Assembly (NCBI GenBank): GCA_013239625.1
Contig: MU053482.1
Location: 3,185,922 to 3,249,921, forward strand
Source of the DNA: Lama guanicoe
Taxonomy: Eukaryota
Direction of reading: 5' to 3'
DNA length: 64,000 nucleotides
A program made the position numbers and the translations under genes. Of the stretch, positions 52,931 to 64,000 are shown piece by piece. The notes beneath the pieces were generated by a model. That model ran no database searches. It was not told the origin of the DNA and worked only from the letters and a program-made list of their open reading frames with translations. Each line of letters starts with the position of its first letter. Positions within the stretch are counted from its first letter, which is position 1.

Positions 52931-55630
52931 CTCCAGCCTTTTAAAAATCTTTGTGAACCCTGATTCTGTCATCTGATATGTTCACTACCTTTCTCATTCT
53001 CCTTTCATGCATATTCTTCTACAAAGAGCAAAGAAAATTGTCTTCCATCCTTCCCACTCTCACTTTCCTGATCAAACAGTATTCATATCTAGGTTGGATG
53101 AACAACTGCTACCCATATGTGGTATTCAATGCATTCTACACAGCTTAAAGAATTAAAGCATTACATACTTCTCTGTCCTCAAATAGCATCCCATTCTTAG
53201 GCTACTTCTCCTATGTTACAACTGCAGAATGTTGAATACAAGATTTTCCCCCCTCTTCTCCCTAATCTATATTTACGAATATAGAAAATTGGATTCGTAT
53301 ATAAGGTAGTCGAATCACTAGTCTATAACTTAAATAACCAAACTAATATCTTAAGAACCTTAAATTCAGAAATTCTAACCAAATGTTAAATCTCCTTTTA
53401 CTCAAGCCACAAAATTTTATCACAATACTTCAGTCTTCTAAAAAAAAAAATTAGAAAAATCTACAAATGCCTCAATGCAGACATTCCCTAGTGAAGATGA
53501 TGGCACATTTTCTGAATTATGGTATTAAAAATTCACTTCTGAGACAGCATTTTTAAAAAGAGCTAGTGCCTAAACAATACTATTCTGTTAATGCCTAAAA
53601 CCAAGCCAATAAAAAAGTTGCTTCCCACAATCAGAAATAGATTGTTAGCCATAGAATGCCTCTGCAAAACAATTCTTAAATTTTCTTTGAAATACTGTCA
53701 CTAAAATTAACTGAAACTTTATTTATATGACTGTCTGTGGTTTCCACGTATGCCTAAAAGGCTCAAGAAAAAGATAAAAATATCCCAGAATTGGAAAAGC
53801 AGTCATTATGTTTGGTTTAGCTTATTTTCATATTTTTATTTTTAAAAACCATCCAAATTAAAGTTCAGCACTTCTCAATAGAAGAAAGAGAAGGCAATTT
53901 CTTTACATAAAAGCAGAGAGACCAAATTCAGCATCCTCTAAATTAAATTTGGTATTTAACTTATTAATGAATGAATGCCTAAAATCCTTTCCCACAAGTC
54001 ATAAAGTTTAGTCTCTAGGTTGAATACAATTACCTTTCATTTAGCAATCAAATATATGCTGTGTGGACAGGAGAAATAGGAACAGAAAATAATTTCAATA
54101 TAATACTATGCTCTGAACCCAGGTTTATCCTCAGATTAAATAAATAAATGAAGCTGATTTCTAACAACACAGCATCCTTTTAACATTTCTGAACTTTAGT
54201 TCTTCCAAATTCTAGAATCCTGTTTTCAGACCCTGCATTTACACTAAAATACAAATCCTAACCATAGCTTAAAGTGTCACTCTCAGAATAATCTCAGATC
54301 TTGGCTGAGACTAAGTCAGAAGACCTGGGTTTGAATACTAGCTCTGCTGCATCTCAGTTGTTAAACCATAATGTAATAGTTTAAGCTTCCTAATCCTCAA
54401 TTTACCTACTTTAAGTTGGATGAACTCCATTCATCTAATTTGTAAGTTCATCACAGTCTATCAATTAAACGCAACTGTTAGATATTAACATTAGTTATAT
54501 GCTAAAAGTTGTTCCACTACCACTGCCTTAGAAAGGGTAAAAATTTTTTTTTCCACAGAAATCATCAGAAAAGGGTCACTATCACCCAGCAATCACTTTG
54601 GGACTGAGCCAGATCACCTTCAATTAGACTAAATTTTTATTAGGCGTATCTCTGGTCTTGAAGCTGCAGGGGTTGCTCTAGATTACACAGTTTAACAGTT
54701 ATTCAAGTTATTCATATGCAGAATAGCTGCACATCTCTAATACATGAAGTATGGCACAAAGCAATAAATAATAAGACAATAAAAATTAACAGTTAATGAT
54801 TCTATTATGTTCTAAAATAGGCTTTGATAGATAAATTTATTCTGTACCTGACAAAGTACAATAGACATTAGAAGATTAGAATTGCTATCAGTTACAGGAA
54901 AACTTAAAGGAAAAAGAAAATTCCCAATATAATCCAGCAGATCAAATATTCTTTAAATATTAAATCTACCCAAAATTTTTGAAATGCTTCACAAAGAATC
55001 AGCCAAGAAACTGTCAAAAAAAATCTTAGGTGAGGAAGTTATGCTATCTCTTAACACCTCCATTTCACCAACCCAGCAGCACAAAACTCTACTTGTTATT
55101 GGAGAGACACTGACCGTGCTTGAACATGGGAGTATCTGTCATATAAAGAAAAAATATCCATTTACTAAGTTAAAATCAGTATGTGTCTCTCCATCACTAC
55201 TGGAGAAATATCAGAGGCATCACAGTATCTATGCCTTAGCTTTCGAAAAACAAAATTTTTTCTTTCTCAGTTATAGCTAGATAGCTAGAGTCAAGTCATG
55301 ATGTCTCTCTGCCCCAATGATGTTTGTTGTTCTTGAAATTTACAAAGATGGTTCACTATTCATACTGTCAAACTGATGTATTTTATTTCTATCCACACAT
55401 TGATGTGAGGGGAGGCAGGAACTTACAAAAAGTTCTAAAAGGCTTCAGCCCCAAAATTTCCCCCTTTCAGTCATCACTTAAAAGGACAGTGAAACAGAAT
55501 TTAAAAGCTTAAATAGTACAAACACCTTGCTGTTCACACCGTAAGACCAATTACTAGTATTCGCAGGTATGTGGAAGAGAAGAGAAAGGAATACAAGGGC
55601 TCTCCAGAAAGCTACTTTCCGTTGGATCCC

Positions 55631-56512
55631 TTATTTTAAAATCTACTTCTCCCCTCCATCTGTGTGGTAACTTTTTACCCTACTCAGAACTCTTTACTTC
55701 CAATGTGTGGGATTTTTTTCCCCCCACAACAAGCAATTCTCCACAGCATGAGCTGGGTGTCCTACAATTTAACTGATTGATTATGGTTAAGGACTCAATC
55801 CCATGAGATTAACCTTCACTTCAGATGCCAATCACAAGTAGTAGGTCCCCAGGTTACCCACAATTTTTGTACGACTCAGCTACAAATTGGAGGTTCCTGT
55901 GACCTCCACCCCTTTGGATTCAAGTGGCTCACAGAATTCAGGAAAACATTTACTTACATTTACCAGTTTATCAGATATGACAAGGAATACAGATGAACAG
56001 CCTGATGAAGAGATACACAGAATAAGGTCTGGGAGGGTCCCAAGTACAGGAACTTTGGTCTCTGTGCAGTTGAGGTTCATCATGCTTTCAGTATGTGGAT
56101 GTTTCACCAACCTGGAAGCTCTCTAAACTCCATACTTTTGGGATTTTTATGGTAGCTCATCACGTAAGCACAATCTATCATTAACTCCATTTTCAGCCCT
56201 TTTCCATTCTCAAGAGAATGGCAGACAGGGCTGAAAATTCCAAGCTTCTAATCACGGCTCAGTCTTTCCAGTGACCAGTCCCCATTCAGGAGCCATCCAG
56301 GAGCCCACCCAGAGTCACTGCATTATAACAAAAGACACTCCTATCACCCAGGAGATTACAAAGGTTTCAGGAACCCTGTGTCAGGAACCAGGGCCAAAGC
56401 CTAAATATTAAAACAAAAGATGCTCCTAGTACTTTGTCACTTAGGAAACCACAAGGGTTTCAGGAGCCAGGAACTAGGATCCTAGAGCACTAATTATTTC
56501 TATTATCTCACA
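55631..56512 (-). mobile_element. MER21-like solo LTR, apparently complete
   Basis: Alignable to the other two copies. Ends ..tattatctcaca. Flanked by gatccc at 55625-55630 and 56513-56518 (candidate TSD). Confidence 0.8.
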
Positions 56513-56819
56513 GATCCCAACATTCTTTCCCTGTTTTTAATGCCAAAACTCAAGATTCACCCTCTCTGTGGGTCTACAGAACCCACAGCCTTCTTTACAC
56601 AACTGGGTTATAACAATCAAAATTAAACATTCAGCAATGTGTCTTTTCTCCTCAGTGAAGCAGAAATGGACAGTCATTTGCTAGGATAAGAAGATCCACA
56701 ATTTCCAACATCAGTTTTATTCCTAATAAATATTTCTGATCCATGCTAACAAAAGAATGAACAGTTCTTCCTCTGGGGGAAGTGTTGCAAGGTGTCAAAC
56801 CAACAGCAACAATGATAAC

Positions 56820-57050
56820 AATAATAATATTAACAAGTTACCTCATTTATTGAGCACTTGCTTTATGGAAGACACTATTTTAAGCATTTTATTTGTATGT
56901 TCACCATTTTATCTTTACAGTAACCCTGAGATGAGTATTGTCACTATCCTAAGTTTATAGAGAAGACTCTGCTGTTCAAGAAGACAAGTAACTTGTCAAA
57001 AGTCATATTGTACAGCTAGGATTTCAACCCAAGCAGTCTTGTTTTCACTG
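56820..57050 (-). mobile_element. MIR SINE
   Basis: catttattgagcacttgc..gacactattttaagcattt..cagtaaccctgagatg..ctaggatttcaacccaagcagtct. Confidence 0.75.
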
Positions 57051-57673
57051 TCCCATTATTCCAAATGTTCTCTCAATAAGAACTGCTTTGAAGAACACTG
57101 CTAATATATGTGTGTGTAAACGTACACACAGTATAATACACACATATACATATATACACACACTCCAAACCTGACAGTTACATTTTAAAATACTTTAGTG
57201 ATCATCTTTCTAGTCTCTCATTTTAACACCACAGACCCACCAACAGTTAGAATGTCCTGTTAATCATAAATTATGCTCAACCATTAAATTCTTTTAAAAT
57301 GGCTGACAGAATATAAAGCAGTTGAGTTGTGCTATTATAAAGCAACATACAAATCCTGTAGCCAGGGAGAAAAAATTCAGAGTTTGATTTCAAGATCAAA
57401 TTCAAACCATGATCAGTCATTATTAAACTAACCTTTGGTTCTTTGCGTTTTTTCGTTTAGTTTTCACTGTAACAATGACCCAGAAATTTTCAGAAAAATA
57501 AAAAAATAAATATTTGTTAGTGACAAACTCACTGAAGCCACTAGTTGGGGGAATTCTTTCTAATAATGTGTTTCAGTTAAATCACCAAGTTATTTAAAAG
57601 TAACTGCAACAAAAATATAACCATAAATTTAACATGAAAAGTATCATTATTAAAGTAAGATAGTACAATATCA

Positions 57674-57787
<114 letters not shown>

Positions 57788-58231
57788 TTAGGTTATAGCG
57801 TACTTAAAAATATGAATACTCTTTATATTCTTATTTCTAAGAGAATACTTGTTAATTAAATTGATATAGTGATTAAATATTTTCAGGTTTTAAATGGCAT
57901 AAAACTATCTTCTAAACAGAATACTTACATGATAGGCAATCCCCATCCTGCAGACTCTTAAACAACTGTCATATAGTAAAAGCTAGGAAAAAGAAAGGCA
58001 TTGAAATATGGAGCCTCTCCACTATGGGAGTAACTGCCCTTTTTTCCCAATAAGGAAAGCAATCTTAGTATCTCAAGCTGAAACTTAAGAACTTTCCTAT
58101 GAAGACAAAGTAATTTTAAGTGACAAACTAAATGGTACCGTTAGCACTAAATTTCAGTTATAGGTGACAAACACTGTTCTGAGTTAAATAAAGATTTTTA
58201 GAGTTCTGTGGAAACTTGACTATTATCTAGG

Positions 58232-58462
58232 CAGGGTTTCTCAACATCAGTCCTACTGATATTTTGGGCCAGATAATTCCTTGTTGGGGGAGGGGAGGAG
58301 CTATCCTGTGCCTTACAGGATGTTTAACACTGTCCTTAGCTTCAAGTTAATAGCACTAGAAGTTAATAGCTCACCACCACCAAGTTGCTACAACCAAAAA
58401 TGTCTCCAGTACATTGCCAAATGTGCTCTGGGAGACAAAATGCCCCTGGTTGAAAACCACTG
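58232..58462 (-). mobile_element. MER20 non-autonomous hAT (Charlie) DNA transposon
   Basis: Terminal inverted repeats cagggtttctcaac ... gttgaaaaccactg. Internal ttttgggccagataattc and aaatgtctccag.acattgccaaatg. TCTA-type flanks. Confidence 0.88.
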
Positions 58463-60459
58463 GTCTATATAATAATTATTATACAATTACTTTGTGACAC
58501 TAAAAACCAGATCAACTTATAATTAAACTTTGGGGATGTAATCTGTGAGTAATTGGGGGCAGGAAAGTACGTGTTACATCTAAACTGCTTTTTGCTATAC
58601 TTTGTAAAGAGCTTCATGTGCTTGCGTATTCTACAGGTTGTTCCAACTCACTTTGGAGTAAAAATGACAACATTCTGATTTATTTGTACATCTAACTTAA
58701 GGAAACCTTAACCCTGATTCAATTTTTTTTGTATCATCCACTATCATCTCTTATCCTCATTCCTGTGAATTCAACTCCCCCACCTTGCTCTCATGTGGAC
58801 TTGAATCACTTTACAATCAAATTCTTCCCTTTAAAAGATAAAGGAAACCTAAATTCATTTTACTGACCAACTCAGAACTATGTTCTAAAACTGAGGTCAC
58901 ATTTGAAAAAGTTGAAATAAAAACATATTCATTAAAATTAACAACTGCTGCAGTACAGTAACTCTTCACATACCCATCAATACAGAGGAATGAAGGATTT
59001 CATTAAGAATAAACTAAAGTAAAAGTCATTTATCATAGACACTCATTTTTTAAAATCCACCTCAAGCATCACTTCTTACCTACATAGTAAAGCTAATTCA
59101 ACAAATCAGTAGGTACTACAGATACACAGTGAAAAAGACATGACCCCTATCCTCAAGGAACTGATAAGCTACTAGGAGAAAAAGAAAAATGAACTGATAA
59201 TTTCAGTATACCATGGTAAGTACAATGACTGAAGAGAATCTAACCTAATATACAAGAGAAACCATGGGAAACTTAACAGAAGAAATAACAAGCTTTTAGT
59301 TCCTTCAGTACTGTCTCTGTATGACCAAGCACCCAGCATACTGAAAGCCTGGCATTTAGTTCATACTGAACTAAATGTTTAATACAGTCGTTAATACTGA
59401 CAGAAATTGTTTTAAGCTTAAATCTCCCTGTCTTTTTAAACAGAAATAAATGCATGTTATTTATCTCATCCTATTTAACCAGATGTCCCTACATTGAAAG
59501 TTATACCTCATGTATTGTAGGCTCACAAAATATTTATCATATTAATTTTTACTAATTATAAAAATAATAAATGTTAACTGCAGAAAAAATTTTGAATACA
59601 CAAAAATACAAAGACAAAAGCACCCATAACCCCAAACATGAAGAAAATTACTGTTAACATTTGGATTTTATCCTAGGCGTTTTTCATACACATGTATTTT
59701 TTCTTCAGAATTGAGATAATACTAAGCCTAGCTTTACATATTGGTATATTACTTAATATTTTATAATGGGCCTTTGATTGTAACATACATTTCTTATTTT
59801 CTCTACTACAACTAATGCTATGAAAAGCATCTTTCTATAATAATCTTATCCTCATCTCACTTTTGCTCGGAGAAATTCTTAGATATACAGCTACTGGATC
59901 AAAGAATATGAAAGTTTTAAAAACTCACACAAAGCCAAAGGGCCCACCAGAAAGATATTAGTATTTTTTTTTTACATTCTGTATATAATAATGAGACTGG
60001 CATTTTCACTACACCTTCAACAACAAGTATTATTTTTAAAATTTATTTTAGTTACTGCCAATTTGAGAGGTGAAAAGTTCCTCTTTAGCAGAAGCATTAA
60101 CTTTCAAAAGTTCTCCAGGGCAATATGTTATTTATTGATTTCATAATGATATGCAGTCTTTCAAGAACATGAAAGCTTAGTTTGAAATGCTGATATAACA
60201 TTTATAAATGCACACAGAAATATGATTCATGAGTGATAAGACTTTGTTCTATAATAATGGAAAATTAGGTGAGAAAACTAAAAAATGAAAGTGGTAAAAT
60301 GGTATCTCACCACAAGTAAAATGTGGAAAGAGCTACAATAACTTGGTTTTGAATATGTAAATTGCTGCAGCTATCAACTTTCGAGGAACTTATGAAAGTA
60401 CCCTACAAAGGTAAAGACATTGTCTGATTCTTGTTTCTCAGTTTTTAAAAGTTTAGTTC

Positions 60460-60720
60460 AGGGATAGACTGGGAGTTCAAAATTTGTAGATACTGACAGG
60501 CATATGTAGAATAGATAAACAAAATTATACGGTATAGCACAGGGAAATATATACAAGATCCTGCAGTAGCTCACAGCAAAAAAAAAAAAAAGTGACAATG
60601 AATATATGTATGTTCATGTATAACTGAAAAATTGTGCTCTACACTGGAATTTGACACAACATTGTAAAATGACTATAACTCAATAAAAAAATGTTTAAAA
60701 AATAAAAATGCTTTTGGAAA
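60460..60720 (+). mobile_element. Short young L1 3' end
   Basis: gggatagactgggagttcaaaatttgtaga..gactataactcaataaaaaaatg matches 416-625. Candidate TSD aaaagtttagt 60447-60457 / aaaaatttagt 60725-60735. Confidence 0.9.
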
Positions 60721-61661
60721 GGAAAAAAATTTAGTCTGAATGTTTAAACTTATTTCCCAAGTTTATATATTTTATCTGTAATCATTCTTATATAGGAAAT
60801 ACTGGTTGTACTTAAGAATGCTGACAAGATGACACTGTACATTGAGGAGCAAGCCATACTGAGGGAAGACTGTTCTAGAGTCATCATATGTCCACCTGTG
60901 GATTAATCCTTATGTCCAGAGTTGAATGAGGTCATGTCAGTCAGAATGCTTGTGGAAACAGCTCGTATCTGCACTGTGAATTAAGAGCCCCTACTCTTCC
61001 ACTCCATCATAAAATCAAGAAATATGATGACCAAATGGAGTTCATACATTAAAAGGGGTACTCTTGGCAAGATACCAGCACATTTGGAAATAGATTTCTT
61101 TGAAAAAAGTGCAAACACTAGACAAACTGCCCCAAACAAATTTAGGAAGGGTGAGGAAATACTGGCGTGATCAAGCACACTTTCCCCTTCTTAATGTGTG
61201 GCAACCCACTTTCCCTTGGGTTCCGGTAGGGCTGCAGACTACACAGCTCAGACACAAAGATTAGCTAGTGACCCAGGATGATCCAACCAGTCATCACCCC
61301 CCAGGCAAAGTGATTGTTCTGGCCTTGCCAAATGAGCCCAGGAGGTCAAACAGTATTCTTGGGGGTTGCTAACTAGTATGCTACAGGTGTAGAGTTTCAG
61401 TAGTATGAGGAAAAAGTTCATGTGCAGAACTGAAAAGTGAGTAGGGGTTAATTAGGTACTCTGCTCTATACAAAACAAGATGCTTGATATTTGCTAACTG
61501 TACCAATAGACATAAATTATTTGAATGCCTTGTGTGTGCTTAAAGTGTAAATGTGCAAAATATATACATACGACTTGGTTTAACACACACCCTGAACCTT
61601 GAGAAATGCTACTCTTAATGCATAATTCGCTAAATCTTTTGTATGTTTATCTAAACAATTA

Positions 61662-62413
61662 TGTCAGTGGTTATCTACACTGACATAGGATATCCATCTA
61701 CCCACATCCCCTTCTATCAAAAATGGCACAACTCACAGTTCAATAAAGGGCAGCAGTCATGTTCAGAAGCACACAGTCCTACCTCCCCTCCCACCAACCA
61801 GAAATACTGAAATGATTAATTTAATTATATTTATTGCTACTTGTCTGTCTCACCTTACTAGAATGAAAACAGTGATTTTGGCCTGATTTGTTTACTGCTG
61901 TAGGCATTGAGAACAATTACTGGTATATATTAGATACTTAATAAAAGACTTGTTTAATCAATGAATGGGACTATTAGGTGGGCAAAGACACAGAAAAACT
62001 AGCAAGCAATTTATGACTAGAGTGACCTGGCTATAAAAAGGTATCCTAGACAAATCAGATTCCTCTGCTAGCAAATTATGAATAGAAGAAATGAGAGACT
62101 ACAGCAGCTAAAAAGATGTTATCAAGACTTGTGAGCTCAGGCAACCATAGGGGGTCACGTGTAAAGCCAATTACAGAACAGTAGAAACCTCCAGCAGAGA
62201 CTTGCCAGCAGAAAAAGGTTAACAGTACAGATGTAGAAAGCAGCAGAAATGACGCACAGAAAGGCTGTGCAGCTGTCTAAGTTCCACCTCCAATAAATTC
62301 TGGCAGCACTGTAGCATGTGTCATTAAACTCCTGAAGTATTCTTACGATATTCCTCCCTCTTAAGCCCGAATAAACCCATATTCCTTGTCACTGAAGAGT
62401 CCAAACTGGAACA
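61662..62413. mobile_element. Ancient ERVL-type LTR (LTR16/LTR33-like) remnant with an embedded L2 fragment
   Basis: TGT start and ..ccttgtcactgaagagtccaaactggaaca end. L2-like segment at 61820-61965. Highly diverged. Confidence 0.4.
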
Positions 62414-63186
62414 GACTGTAAGAGGAACCCTGACAGATCAAGCTCTTTCAAACTGGTAAAGGGTCTGGAAATTTTTACATAAAAAGATTAAGTCAGAAAA
62501 CTTTTTTAAGAAGCACACGTAAGAACTTTCTCCAAATATGTGAAGAGCTACTATATGGAAGAAGAAAGAGTGCAGCAAACTAGAGCCAAAAGCTGTCATT
62601 AAGAGGACATATTTTTGAGTCAATATAAAGGAAGAACCTTCTGAGAATGAGAACCATCAAAAAACAGAATGAATTGCCACAGAAAGCAATGACTGTAACT
62701 GGAGTTTTATTACAAGCTATCAGTTTTTGTGATCTGGAAAACTGGGCAGAATGCTAAGAGGATGTATCCAGAAAATCTGCAGTAATTCATTTATTCAACA
62801 ATAACACGATGCCAGGCCTTGTGTTAGGTGCTAAGGATAAAACCTGCTGTGAGGATATTCAAAACTTGAATTGAGGTTTTTGAAATACAAATAAAAGGAC
62901 AGATGTAAGCACAGTAGTAACAACAGACAAAGATTAGGGAAGAAGACAATGTTGTTTAGATATCAGGTCATGAGACTAATGAAATCAAGGATAGAAAAAC
63001 TAAAAAATTCTGAATTTTGAAACAAAGATATTTCTTATTTCCATTTTGACATAAAAGCAGCATCACTTAAGTCCAATGATGATAAATGTTAAGTTCTTGA
63101 GAATCCAAATAAAACAATAAGTAATAGTTTATTCAAAAGAAAAATCTTAAAAGCAGGCATTCTTTCATGGTTCAAAAAGCAATTCA

Positions 63187-63436
63187 TTAAGTCTGTTCTC
63201 TATACCTGTGAGTCTGTTTCTGTTTTGTTATGAGGTGGAGGGGAGATAAGCGAATTGAGAGGTACAAACTACTATGTATAAAATGGAGAGGCTATAGGAT
63301 GTACCGTACAGTACAGGGGATAACAGCCATTATTTTTGGTGACTTTAAATGGAGTATAATTTGTAAAAATGTTGAGTCATTGTGCTGGACACCTGAAACT
63401 AATATGATTTTGTAAATCAATTATACTTCAATTTTT
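63187..63436 (+). mobile_element. Short L1 3' end with an inverted 5' segment
   Basis: 13-bp TSD aaaaagcaattca at 63174-63186 and 63437-63449. 63187-63230 is antisense L1 3' UTR and the rest is sense. Confidence 0.88.
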
Positions 63437-63721
63437 AAAAAGCAATTCAAAGTTGTCTAAAAGTTTATGATATGAATATGATGGCCTTTTTTCACAGTGA
63501 CTTTGTTTCTCAGATGATTTATACACTTAGCAAACTTCATACTCAGTCTACATTTAATACTGCAAAGACATTCATGAATAATTAGGGAAATCAAAGTATA
63601 GACATTTTGGCTGGCTAACACATTTCAAATAACAGACTAAATTTATTATTATCTACATGTAAAGATAGAATTCTCTAACTCTATTAATCCAGAGATATTT
63701 GTCTTTGGTGTATTTCACTTA

Positions 63722-64000
63722 GAGTAATGCTGGGGAAAATAGGGAGAGGTTGGCAAAAGAGCACAAACTTTCAGTTGTAATATGAATAAGGTCTGAGGAT
63801 CTAATGTAAAACCTGGTGACTATAATTGATAACACTGTATTGCAAAACTGAAATTTTCTAACAGAATAGAACTTGTTTTCACTTTTAAAAAAAAGATAAA
63901 TACGTGAGGTGATGAATGTATTCATTACTAGATGGGTGGAATCCTTTCACAATGCATACGTATACCAAATCACCATGATGTGTTCTTTAAATAAGTTACA
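63722..64000 (+). mobile_element. L1MA-like 3' UTR fragment
   Basis: cacaaactttcagttgtaatatgaataaggtctgaggatctaatgta..atcctttcacaatgcatacgtataccaaatcac. Confidence 0.8.

Overview
AT-rich, CpG-depleted mammalian genomic DNA, almost all intronic. It is probably camelid, judging from the Vic-1-like tRNA-derived SINEs and the young L1 3' ends. The only real coding sequence is one 86-bp minus-strand exon at 57680-57765 ([29 protein letters not shown]), recognisable as exon 2 of SBF2/MTMR13. So 1-57679 is intron 2 and 57766-64000 is intron 1. The rest is a retroelement graveyard: a full-length RPL6 processed pseudogene, a near-full-length decayed L1, many truncated L1s, SINEs, MIR/L2, MER21-like and MLT1 LTRs, and a MER20. 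Nearly all listed ORFs are L1 or pseudogene remnants or noise. I found no evidence for a new protein-based biological system. The best signals are retrotransposition footprints readable from target-site duplications (TSDs): an L1 3' transduction (50815-51313), a SINE-L1 chimera under one TSD (3655-5601), a twin-priming 5' inversion (63174-63449) and a possible cap-derived G on the RPL6 retrocopy. There is also a perfect 14-bp hairpin at 42901-42933. Repeat family names come from recalled consensus sequences, and boundaries without a TSD are approximate.
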